From: a virus
Reading direction: 5' to 3' (one strand)
DNA: 26,764 nucleotides
IMG/VR virus record: IMGVR_UViG_3300003309_000010
Coordinates: 84,391-111,154 of that record
Shown here: one piece after another, positions 16,692 through 25,390 of the stretch
Layout: each line of letters opens with the position of its first letter
Position numbering within the stretch: position 1 is the stretch's first letter
Made by a program: the position numbers and the translations under genes
Notes under the pieces: model-generated
Databases searched by the model: none
What the model was told of the DNA's origin: nothing
Seen by the model: only the letters and a program-made list of their open reading frames with translations

Positions 16692-16733
16692 TTCGCGCTA
16701 TGTATATTAACGACGATATTATAGTAATGACTT
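16692..16733 (+). promoter_or_regulatory. Candidate early promoter of the nvRNAP beta gene
   Basis: TTCGCGCTaTGTA...ACGACGATATTATAgtAATGACTT; matches 1965-2008 and 7941-7954. Confidence 0.6.
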
Positions 16734-16758
16734 TAAAGCAATAATAAATGAGGTGATT

Positions 16759-18882
16759 ATGAGTTGGGCTGGTTATACCGATGAATACTACCAAAAAATC
16801 GTTGAACAGCGATTTAAAGGAGAACGCATCGATAGAGTCACTACAGGGGGGAACATGAATCAGTTCATTGGTAGCGTATCGGGTGGGCGCATACCAATGA
16901 TTAACAACCAATTAGGTCAATATCTACCACTTATCAATCCCGAACCTCGACAACAAATGTCGGGTTTGGAACAGGACTACGCCTACGGGTTGGCCGATGT
17001 CAGATTCGAGGGCGTCCCGGTGCAGTCCGTTTCAGGCGACATGGAGTACCCAGATCATGAGGTTGTTCTTCACTCCATTATCCCGCACTATCGTCACGAA
17101 CCGGGGGTAGTGGATGTAGTTAACGGGGAATCAGTAGTTTACAGAACTCATGATGGCTTGTTAGCCATTGTGGAGATTCCCAATTTTTACACTAGTCATT
17201 CTTGGTCTTGCGCAACACTACACAAAACGGATGCGTTTAAAACAGCAACGCCGGGTGATATATTCGGAAGCAGCGATGTTATTGCGCAAACAAACACACG
17301 AACCGCAGAAGGGAACCTAGCATTCGGAAGAGAACTTAACTGGTCTTATCTGGGCTGGTTTAGTAGCAACGAGGATGGTTCGGCCGTCAGCAAGGAAGCG
17401 CTGCCGCTGTTAGAATCGGAGAAATACGAAGCCACGGATATCTTCCTGCAAGCCGATGATATTCTTCTTCCGATACACGGAGATGGGGTGGATTGGCAAG
17501 CGCTGCTGTCTCCTGGTAATATTGTTCCTGAGAATGGGATGATTGCTGCAACAAGAAAGATGCGTAAAAGTTTCAGTCCGGTGAATATGATGAAGCGGAA
17601 TCTGCGGATACCTCAGCATCCGTTCGATTTAAAATATCGCCATGCTAAGGGGTCAGAGATTGTGGAGGTGGAAGTACTCCGCGATAACCGAGGGGACTTT
17701 AAACACATGCCTAAGGGTCAGGTTGCGTATCTCGACCGGTTGGCAGATAATTGTCTGGAGCGTCATAGGAAGATATTGGAAATCGATGCGTTGGAGCGGC
17801 GTAATCGTGGACCTCGATACGACAAACATCCTAGTTGGCACATTGCAGTAGTGCAAGCGGAACAGCAACTATACGCTGCTGGGGAATTGCCAGAACATTT
17901 GGTTAAGGAAGCTAAAATCATTCCTTCTGCCAGACCAACAATACAGGATAAGACGTACACGTATTACATCCGTATTGTTAGTAAGGGACGTGTCAAACCG
18001 ACCTTAGGACACAAGCTGACAGGTATGCATGGTGAGAAAACGGTGATTTGCGCAACTCCGGATCCTGAGGAAATGCCGCTGGATAAATGGGGGCGTAGGG
18101 GTCATATCAATGTTAACCCTGCGGGTGTATCTAACCGTAATAACCCCTCTCAGTTAATCGAGGGTTTTCGGTCAGATGCTTGTTACCACACAAGACGCAA
18201 ACTGTTAACCATCTCCAGCAGAGAAGAGCAGTTAGCATTCTTATTGGAATTCTACCGGTTGGCAAGTTTAGAGTCGTATCGCAGTATAAGTCTAAAGAGT
18301 TTGGAAGAACAGTACCAACACCTTGACCATGTCTTGGCCAATCGAATAGATTTAGTCGATGAGCCGGGTGATCCGGGAACAACGATTGCTATTGTTGATA
18401 TGCTCGAAGATACGCCATACTACCCACCTAGGGATCACGTCACGTATCGAGATCACGACGGTACGATTGTCACATCTCATGCGTTGGTGAGGGTATCTAA
18501 CAAGTACACTTTCACGTTGGATAAGATCGGCAAATACAGTAGTGCTTGTAACATCGCGTTGCGCCAGTACATGGGCTTCACTGCGAAGTTATCTGCGAAA
18601 GATAAAGCGACTACTCACATTTCGACGTCGGCCTCTAGACTGATAGATAACACTACCACGCGAGCATTGTTCGGCAACTTACCCAGCGAAGCTGTTCGTT
18701 ATATGCTGCATAGTGGTAACTCTATCAAGTTCAACAAGAATCAGCTGACGAAATTCTTGCAGGGCGAACTCATGTTGGAACCGGACTTCGAAACGCAATA
18801 TGTAAGTCGCGGGTTGGAGCTATTTACAGCGTTGGTGCGTACGTTTGGACACGATCTTGATACTGACTCTAGAGGGGAATGA
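16759..18882 (+). CDS. nvRNAP beta-like subunit (phiKZ gp71-73-like), uninterrupted
   Basis: FGRELN, NEDG, GHKLTGMHGEKTVI (GDK..GRHGNKG) and NPAGVSNRNNPSQLIE (NPLGVPSRMN.GQ) motifs. Confidence 0.92.
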   Translation: MSWAGYTDEYYQKIVEQRFKGERIDRVTTGGNMNQFIGSVSGGRIPMINNQLGQYLPLINPEPRQQMSGLEQDYAYGLADVRFEGVPVQSVSGDMEYPDHEVVLHSIIPHYRHEPGVVDVVNGESVVYRTHDGLLAIVEIPNFYTSHSWSCATLHKTDAFKTATPGDIFGSSDVIAQTNTRTAEGNLAFGRELNWSYLGWFSSNEDGSAVSKEALPLLESEKYEATDIFLQADDILLPIHGDGVDWQALLSPGNIVPENGMIAATRKMRKSFSPVNMMKRNLRIPQHPFDLKYRHAKGSEIVEVEVLRDNRGDFKHMPKGQVAYLDRLADNCLERHRKILEIDALERRNRGPRYDKHPSWHIAVVQAEQQLYAAGELPEHLVKEAKIIPSARPTIQDKTYTYYIRIVSKGRVKPTLGHKLTGMHGEKTVICATPDPEEMPLDKWGRRGHINVNPAGVSNRNNPSQLIEGFRSDACYHTRRKLLTISSREEQLAFLLEFYRLASLESYRSISLKSLEEQYQHLDHVLANRIDLVDEPGDPGTTIAIVDMLEDTPYYPPRDHVTYRDHDGTIVTSHALVRVSNKYTFTLDKIGKYSSACNIALRQYMGFTAKLSAKDKATTHISTSASRLIDNTTTRALFGNLPSEAVRYMLHSGNSIKFNKNQLTKFLQGELMLEPDFETQYVSRGLELFTALVRTFGHDLDTDSRGE

Positions 18883-20909
18883 GTGTGGATAAAATAGATA
18901 GTTTTTGGCTACTCTCTTTAACAGAAGAGAACTATTTTAAGGAAATCGACACTCGGGTGTCTGACAAGGCGGTGATAGAATGCCAAGATGGTATCGTTGA
19001 GATAAGCAAGGAACTCTTACAATGGAGCTGGCCATACCTCATCTTTAATAAGGAATACAATGTCCCGCTCACGATGGGTCACTTCTGCGACACCGACGCA
19101 GTAACGACCAAACATCTACATAAGGACATGTTGAAGTTTGCTACGAAATACGCCCATCGGTATCTCGAACATGCGGTTCCGTATAATGAGATATCTCGGT
19201 TAGGTCCTGATGTCACTCGAATGCAAATGAATAGCGCGATTGGATACTTATCTCGTTACGCGATATCACTGGATGCGGAAGATTACCATCAGGTGCTGAA
19301 ACATCCGGTCATCGCAAAAATACTGCGGGAGCTTAAACAGACTATCGACAACGCGCGGACAAATTCTGAGCGAGGTAAGGCCTTTACTAAAGCTTACGGC
19401 GAAATGCAAGAATACATGATGGGCGACGCGTTTAGAGATATGCCTCTTAACGGATTAGTTCATTTGGTATTGAGCGGTACCTGTAAAATGGTACAGCTGA
19501 ACCAAGGCATCATCGGGGTGGGTTTTGGTAGCGACATCGACTCGACGTTCTTCCAAGAACCAATACTTGACTCGTACGCAACTGGCCTGACTAGCGTGTT
19601 CTCATTCATGGCAAATTGTCGTTCCGGTGCAAAAGCGTTAATGTACTCTCACGACCCAATGCGGAAAACGGAATATCTGCATCGCCTTGTCCAAATGATA
19701 TCTGCTTCATTTAACAAGGTGTACTTGGGTGACTGCGGGAGCACTGTAACGTATCCGGTTAGGTTGACCGAGAAAAGGAAGAAAGGTGTTATCGGTAAGT
19801 ATTTCATTGACCCTAAACGCGGGTTAACGGAACTTACCGAAGATAACGTTAACCATTACGTCGGCCAAACTCTGCAAGTGAGGCACCCCGCAGGATGTAA
19901 AGTTCCTGACCCGACCGGGACGTGTTCAGTATGTGGTGGAGCGGTAACCAACTCGTTGGGCAGGGAAGCCAAAGTCGGCTGGGCGATGTCAACTAGGAAT
20001 TTCTCGGCGACGTCGCAAGCTGTATTGAGTGTTAAACATTCTGACTTAACTTCAGTGGGACTGGCGACGCCGTTAAACCCCGCGTTGGAGAAATACCTTG
20101 TGTCAAGCGAAGATGGCGAGGGTATACATTTCGACAATAATCGAGAGTATCAAGTTGGTATATTTGTACCCAATAAACCCAAAGGTCGAGAACTGTATGG
20201 GACCAAGCTTCACGAATTGACACATTTGAGTTCGCAAGAACTAGAAGATGCCAGCCCGTGGAGTTATTCAGGTTTCTATTCGGCGCAGATATCTCGAACA
20301 GACGGTTTAATGGAAGCGGTTGAGCTACCTATTTTAGCTAAACGTGAGGAGGTCTGTTTATCCAAAGAGGTACTTAAATACATCCATGAGAACCCCGGTG
20401 TTATGCGAATAACGACGCACGCCAGAGGACGTAAAATGTACACAATCGATTTGTCTATGTTTAACAACAACGTTCCCGTGTTTACCACCAAGTTCTCCCA
20501 CGCGGATACGCTTAAAATGTTTGAGGTCGTAGACAGCTTCGTAAGGAGCAGTAAACGTACTAATAGTAACGAACCGGCGCCCGGTAAAGTGTTAAAGGAT
20601 TTTCACAACTTCGGGGATGCGTGTTTGTATATGTTCGACCTTCTTAATGATAAGTTAGGTATCAACCTCAGCGTAATCGAATTGTCACTGTGGCCGTTCA
20701 CGGTAACAGACCCTGAAAACGGAGACTACACTCCTGTTAAAGGTACAAACAATTGTCAATTCGAATCAATAGACGAACTCTTCAACCAACGTAGTTTATC
20801 TGCTAAATTGGGGAGTGAGGAGATTGATAAGGTGCTCACTGTTCCTGCGTTCAGCGCAAGGAAGAAACGAGTGCCCTCTGCGTATGACGCGCTATTCCGC
20901 AAACGGTAA
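18879..20909 (+). CDS. nvRNAP beta'-like C-terminal subunit (phiKZ gp74-like)
   Basis: Bridge-helix-like RSGAKAL...TEYLHR; second Zn site DCGS...C...CSVCG; trigger-loop SQAVLSVKH; ATGA overlap with the previous gene. Confidence 0.9.
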   Translation: MSVDKIDSFWLLSLTEENYFKEIDTRVSDKAVIECQDGIVEISKELLQWSWPYLIFNKEYNVPLTMGHFCDTDAVTTKHLHKDMLKFATKYAHRYLEHAVPYNEISRLGPDVTRMQMNSAIGYLSRYAISLDAEDYHQVLKHPVIAKILRELKQTIDNARTNSERGKAFTKAYGEMQEYMMGDAFRDMPLNGLVHLVLSGTCKMVQLNQGIIGVGFGSDIDSTFFQEPILDSYATGLTSVFSFMANCRSGAKALMYSHDPMRKTEYLHRLVQMISASFNKVYLGDCGSTVTYPVRLTEKRKKGVIGKYFIDPKRGLTELTEDNVNHYVGQTLQVRHPAGCKVPDPTGTCSVCGGAVTNSLGREAKVGWAMSTRNFSATSQAVLSVKHSDLTSVGLATPLNPALEKYLVSSEDGEGIHFDNNREYQVGIFVPNKPKGRELYGTKLHELTHLSSQELEDASPWSYSGFYSAQISRTDGLMEAVELPILAKREEVCLSKEVLKYIHENPGVMRITTHARGRKMYTIDLSMFNNNVPVFTTKFSHADTLKMFEVVDSFVRSSKRTNSNEPAPGKVLKDFHNFGDACLYMFDLLNDKLGINLSVIELSLWPFTVTDPENGDYTPVKGTNNCQFESIDELFNQRSLSAKLGSEEIDKVLTVPAFSARKKRVPSAYDALFRKR

Positions 20910-20912
20910 AGT

Positions 20913-20941
20913 AAAAGAGGTGGGCACCCACCTCTTTTTTT
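20913..20941 (+). terminator. Intrinsic terminator
   Basis: AAAAGAGGTGGG-CA-CCCACCTCTTTTTTT. A second small hairpin, CATTACAA-GCG-TTGTAATG plus T-tract, lies at 20950-20973. Confidence 0.85.
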
Positions 20942-21069
20942 GTCTCCGGCATTACAAGCGTTGTAATGTTTTTGTAAGGTCTACCTAAAGGGTTAGGTGT
21001 TTTAATCGGTTACAGCGCTCTACAGAGCCTTATATAGCTAAGACCTATGCGACAACAAATGGAGTGGGT

Positions 21070-22575
21070 ATGAATCCGATTACAATATACAAACGATCCA
21101 CGGGTATTATACTTAACTACGGGGAAAACAAACCTGTTCTTAGTAAATTGAGTAAATTGGCTATCGAGTTAAAACAACTCGAGTCCCGATACGATAAACG
21201 TCTTAGACGTTTAGTAACCAAAGTCAAAACTAAATGGTATCGTCACGAGCCTGAGTTAAACCGAATCTTATTTCCGGGTTTTATGGAATTCAAACTACGA
21301 CGTTTGTTGGATTTGGAGAACGTCGAGTATAAATGGATTGAGGATAACGACAGACACGTTATCAAACATAAATGGAACATGGTCGATACATTTGAGTTTC
21401 GACAAGGACAAGAAAAGTTCGTCGAGTTCCTAACGCAATGGGACAGTTATACTCGGATACTCCCTGCCACAATGGGGTCAGGTAAAACCGTGTGCGCTAT
21501 CGCCTCACTGGCAGTACTTGAATCGGCTAGTTTGGTAGTTGCTTCAGCGAGCGTCATTAACGAATTTCTTGAAACCATAGAGTGGGCGACAGATCTACGA
21601 AAAGATCAATACATTTACATTGGGGGCGGACATAACCTCAGAGCGTACATGGAAGAGATTATCGCTGGACCTAACCCTTACGCAATTACTCTTATCAGTA
21701 TCGAAACGTTCCAGCGGTGTTATTTGAACTGCTACTTGGAAGATGGTGATTGGCCGCTAACGCCCACGGAGTTTTTCGATGTCGCTGGGTTTGGCGCGAA
21801 AGTTGTCGATGAAGCCCACCGTTCGCAACACTTTCACATGATAACCAACCTATACAGCAACATTCCCATCAACATCTATTTGACGGGCACTCTGATGAAA
21901 GAGGACCCGTTTGAACAGAAGATGGAAAAGTTGATGTATCCGGTTAAAGACAGATGTCCTGTACCGAAACCGACAAACCATGTTAAGCTTCAAGCTTTCC
22001 ACTACAAAACCGAACCTAATGTACCGCCTCATGTTGGCGCTATGGGATACTCTCACGCTAAGATGGAAACCGCTATTCTAAAAAGGAAAAAGAGTTTAAA
22101 AGGGTACCTCTCTATGATACACCGTATCATCTGTCGAGATTACATTCAGTATCGAGAAGTGGGGGATAAAGCATTAGTCTTTGCTTCTAAAGTTGAGATG
22201 GTAACAGCTATCCATGAGAAGTTAGCTAACGCTTTTCCAAAACTAAACGTAATCACCTATGGGGCAGGTGATCCTAAAAGTGTGCTTAAAGAGGCTGACA
22301 TCATCATCAGCACAGTGAAGAAAGCAGGGACAGGAACGGATATCCCTATATTAACGTATGTGTTGCAAACAATACCTATCAGCGCTAAAGGAGAAAACTT
22401 TCAAAACGTAGGACGGTTACGTAACCTAACGGATAAGGTGACTGCGTTTGGTTATTTAGTTTGTCAGGTAATATCGAAACATATTGAATACCATGAGAAA
22501 CGTCAAAAAGAATTAACCCCGTTAGTGCATAAGCGAGAGCAGATCTATTATCCAGATCCTATCCCGTTTAAATAG
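21070..22575 (+). CDS. Superfamily 2 DEAH helicase (Rad25/UvsW-like; phiKZ gp75-like)
   Basis: FRQGQ Q-motif, ATMGSGKT Walker A, VDEAH, LTGT, GTGTDIP, QNVGRLR; GGAG RBS. Confidence 0.92.
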   Translation: MNPITIYKRSTGIILNYGENKPVLSKLSKLAIELKQLESRYDKRLRRLVTKVKTKWYRHEPELNRILFPGFMEFKLRRLLDLENVEYKWIEDNDRHVIKHKWNMVDTFEFRQGQEKFVEFLTQWDSYTRILPATMGSGKTVCAIASLAVLESASLVVASASVINEFLETIEWATDLRKDQYIYIGGGHNLRAYMEEIIAGPNPYAITLISIETFQRCYLNCYLEDGDWPLTPTEFFDVAGFGAKVVDEAHRSQHFHMITNLYSNIPINIYLTGTLMKEDPFEQKMEKLMYPVKDRCPVPKPTNHVKLQAFHYKTEPNVPPHVGAMGYSHAKMETAILKRKKSLKGYLSMIHRIICRDYIQYREVGDKALVFASKVEMVTAIHEKLANAFPKLNVITYGAGDPKSVLKEADIIISTVKKAGTGTDIPILTYVLQTIPISAKGENFQNVGRLRNLTDKVTAFGYLVCQVISKHIEYHEKRQKELTPLVHKREQIYYPDPIPFK

Positions 22576-22583
22576 TGGCAAGA

Positions 22584-22634
22584 AAACGTCGGGTCCTCGG
22601 ACCCGACGTTTAACCCAGTGGGTTACGCTTTTTT
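22584..22634. terminator. Terminator region between convergent helicase and capsid genes
   Basis: AAACGTCGGGTCC-TC-GGACCCGACGTTT, then TAACCC-AGT-GGGTTA and a T-tract. Confidence 0.8.
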
Positions 22635-22636
22635 AC

Positions 22637-24766
22637 TTAGCTGGACAACCAAGCTTCTACGCCAACCACTTTCACCATGTATACTAACGGCATGTTAGTA
22701 ACGAAGTTGAAGAATGGTTGAATTTGCAGACGACGTTTCAACTCGCCACTTTCTTGAATACCAACATCGAACACTAGCGGTGGCGTTTCGATACAATAGC
22801 CGAAACCAAAGGCTTTGTCGGACTCACCGCTGGCGGATACCACATTAGGGATAATCGTAATCAGGTTATCCATAACGTCTAAGTCAGACACAACAACTTC
22901 TGGTTTTGCGAATACGTTGGGGTCCAAGTTACCCAAGAATTCTTCGTCACCGTACGTTTTCGCATAACGTGAGATTGTGTTGCCTGCCACAACGGTAGGT
23001 TTGATTTTGGCTGTTCCGCCAGCGTACTCTTTAAGCGGAGTAGTCAGACCGGATTCGGTTACCATCATCGACAGATTTTCAGACAACATACCGGATAAGA
23101 ATGAAGCCAATTTCGCTGCGCGCTCTTCGGTTTCAAACTCTTTAACGACATCACCTGCGTCAACTTCACCGCCGTCTTTACACCAAGGCTTAACCAGATA
23201 GAACACGCCTGCGTACTGAGACTGTTGGTAATCCGGGATATTTTTACCGTCAGTGCCGAACTTTTCACACATTTCGTTGATAGTTCTCAGATAGTGCGTG
23301 ATTGCCGCGTCTTCTTTAGCCAAGTTGCGGGCAGTGTTCATCGCTGCCAGCTCTAAATCGACATTGTCAGCATCGATGGCTTCTTCAGCAGTAATGGGTT
23401 GCTGAGCTAACAGACTGTAAGTTTTGGTGATGGAATTCGCACGAACACGCAAACCTGTCATACGTTGAGTTTTGCTTGACAACGACATATCGAAAACAGG
23501 AGCGCGGTATTGCGGATTAACGTTACCCACTTCAGTAGAAATAGTGTTGTCAGCTACAAAATTGTCGCCGTCTTTTGCCTGATAAACACCAATCAGTTTA
23601 ACATCATGCTGTTGTTTTGACAACGTGCCTTTATGCAGGTCGATGGACATGTTCAGCGTAATGGCCAACTTGATGTAACTGTAACCGGCAGTATGAAGTG
23701 CCAGCAGTTCTGGAATCGCTTGTGCTTTGGCGGTGGTCAGGTCAATCAACCATTCGACACCATCCATTGCCAGATTGCGTTTGCTATTGGAAGAATTGGC
23801 TTCCAATTGGCTGAAGTAAGCATTACTCATATCTGAAGTGCGGAACTCCATGATATGGTTGCCCGCACCAAATCCGATGTACATCGATTTCAGCACCACA
23901 CCGTCATCAATGCGATCGTTGATGGTTAGCGTGTTGCTACTGTTTTGACCAGGCGCACGGGAAAGTTGAAGCAGGTTAATTTCGCCGTCGAATTGACCGT
24001 TGATAAGACCCGTTTCGAAGGTAGATCCGTCAGTCGCGGTGATCTTTTTGTATGGGTACATTGCTTCTGGCAGAAGTTGATTTTCATTACTACCATCAAC
24101 AACCCGAGGAACCATTTTGTTATCATTACGATTCAATAGCCCGGACACACGACCAGCATCAGCCAAATGACGCTCTTTCCAGTCGGTGATATCGCCCCCA
24201 GTACCGGTATGATACTGCTGGCCCAAAAATTCGAATCTGGGTAACGTAATGCGGGTGGATAAGAAATCGGCGTTAAGTTGCATGGTTGGATAAACCACTT
24301 CGCCTGCTGAACGTCTTGCGTTAGCGCCAGCAATCGCCAGAGCAATGGCATAGTCACGAACACCGTCGCGTCTATCTCTAGTGAAGGATTCAGTGCCAAC
24401 GTTGTCCAAGTTGAGATGTTTACCCAACTTCTTCATCTTGGTGTTAAGTTCACCAACGTTGGAGTACAACATTGCTGTACGCGCAGCGGCTTCTTTCTGA
24501 GGTTCAGTTAGTACTTTTGGAGCTCCGTCGTGCTCGACGCCAACTGTGGTCAGCAGTTTAGTAATGTTTTTGAACTGAGCCTTTACCTTGTCTACCGATT
24601 CAGATTGTGAGTTTGGTGCAGATGCACTCTCTAAGCCTAAATAGGCAAGTCCAGCATCTTCGGAATAGATAGATTCTTCGTTAGCTTCCAGAACATCAGA
24701 GAGATCTTTCACTCTGATACCTAAGGAGCTACCCGCAGATATGAGCGAAGTGTTAAATAACGCCAT
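22637..24766 (-). CDS. Major capsid protein precursor (phiKZ gp120-like)
   Basis: 709 aa; G-x-E protease-type sites (GLE46, GVE78, GTE126); GE..YPT, EINLLQLS and LQIQPFF...TNMP motifs; DnaB/gp119/MCP synteny; AAGGA RBS. Confidence 0.82.
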   Translation of the reverse strand: MALFNTSLISAGSSLGIRVKDLSDVLEANEESIYSEDAGLAYLGLESASAPNSQSESVDKVKAQFKNITKLLTTVGVEHDGAPKVLTEPQKEAAARTAMLYSNVGELNTKMKKLGKHLNLDNVGTESFTRDRRDGVRDYAIALAIAGANARRSAGEVVYPTMQLNADFLSTRITLPRFEFLGQQYHTGTGGDITDWKERHLADAGRVSGLLNRNDNKMVPRVVDGSNENQLLPEAMYPYKKITATDGSTFETGLINGQFDGEINLLQLSRAPGQNSSNTLTINDRIDDGVVLKSMYIGFGAGNHIMEFRTSDMSNAYFSQLEANSSNSKRNLAMDGVEWLIDLTTAKAQAIPELLALHTAGYSYIKLAITLNMSIDLHKGTLSKQQHDVKLIGVYQAKDGDNFVADNTISTEVGNVNPQYRAPVFDMSLSSKTQRMTGLRVRANSITKTYSLLAQQPITAEEAIDADNVDLELAAMNTARNLAKEDAAITHYLRTINEMCEKFGTDGKNIPDYQQSQYAGVFYLVKPWCKDGGEVDAGDVVKEFETEERAAKLASFLSGMLSENLSMMVTESGLTTPLKEYAGGTAKIKPTVVAGNTISRYAKTYGDEEFLGNLDPNVFAKPEVVVSDLDVMDNLITIIPNVVSASGESDKAFGFGYCIETPPLVFDVGIQESGELKRRLQIQPFFNFVTNMPLVYMVKVVGVEAWLSS

Positions 24767-24796
24767 TGTTTGGGTTCCTTTAATATTGATTTTCGT

Positions 24797-25375
24797 TTAA
24801 ACGTTTAAATTAATGAGGACGTCAAAAACAACCTCATGCAATATCTCTTTCTGAGACATATCTGTCGAGACTGTTCTGATCAGTGTCTCCATATCTCTTT
24901 TAAGGTAATCCTTTCTTTCAGCGGGATCATCGATACTGATCCCCTCGCCGAAAATAATTCCATATTCTTTGTTGGCTATTTTTACGACGTCAAAAGGGAC
25001 ATGGAAGTGTTGTAAAGTTTGTGCAATCTGCGGAGATAAGTTCTCATTACCATCTTCTGCCAACGCAGAAATAAACCCATCCGGCAGCGATCCTATTTGC
25101 CAACTAGCTGCATTGGTGGAGTATCTAATCAACCACTTCAGTCCAAGAATGTCTAAAGTGCGAGGAACATTGAAGTGTGGGGCGTTATCTTTGTAAGCAG
25201 GTAGAGAGGCGAATTTGTTCAGATCGTTCATGAAGTGGATTTTGCCCACAACACTGGTACTGAGTATGTTACTTAGTGCCTCAGGATTATTTAGTTGACT
25301 TGGCACTAATACATTTTGAGTCAACGCCGTACCCACGGCTTTGGGGAATAACCAAAGTTTCAAACTAGAGTTCAT
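24797..25375 (-). CDS. Conserved hypothetical protein (phiKZ gp119-like by synteny)
   Basis: 192-aa ORF between DnaB and the capsid gene; GAAGGT RBS. Confidence 0.6.
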   Translation of the reverse strand: MNSSLKLWLFPKAVGTALTQNVLVPSQLNNPEALSNILSTSVVGKIHFMNDLNKFASLPAYKDNAPHFNVPRTLDILGLKWLIRYSTNAASWQIGSLPDGFISALAEDGNENLSPQIAQTLQHFHVPFDVVKIANKEYGIIFGEGISIDDPAERKDYLKRDMETLIRTVSTDMSQKEILHEVVFDVLINLNV

Positions 25376-25390
25376 TACGGATTACCTTCA

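Noticed and set aside
2030-20909. Group I introns, homing endonucleases or inteins in the nvRNAP genes, as in phiKZ gp55/56.1 and gp71/73
   Set aside because: All subunits are single continuous ORFs of about mature size; I saw no HNH, LAGLIDADG or intein motifs.
20942-21060. Possible tRNA or ncRNA in the longest intergenic gap
   Set aside because: Only a small hairpin with a T-tract and a TATG are visible; there is no cloverleaf or other recognisable RNA structure.
731-24399. Numerous 60-105 aa antisense or nested ORFs within large genes
   Set aside because: They have no RBS or motifs and are expected by chance opposite well-supported coding sequences.
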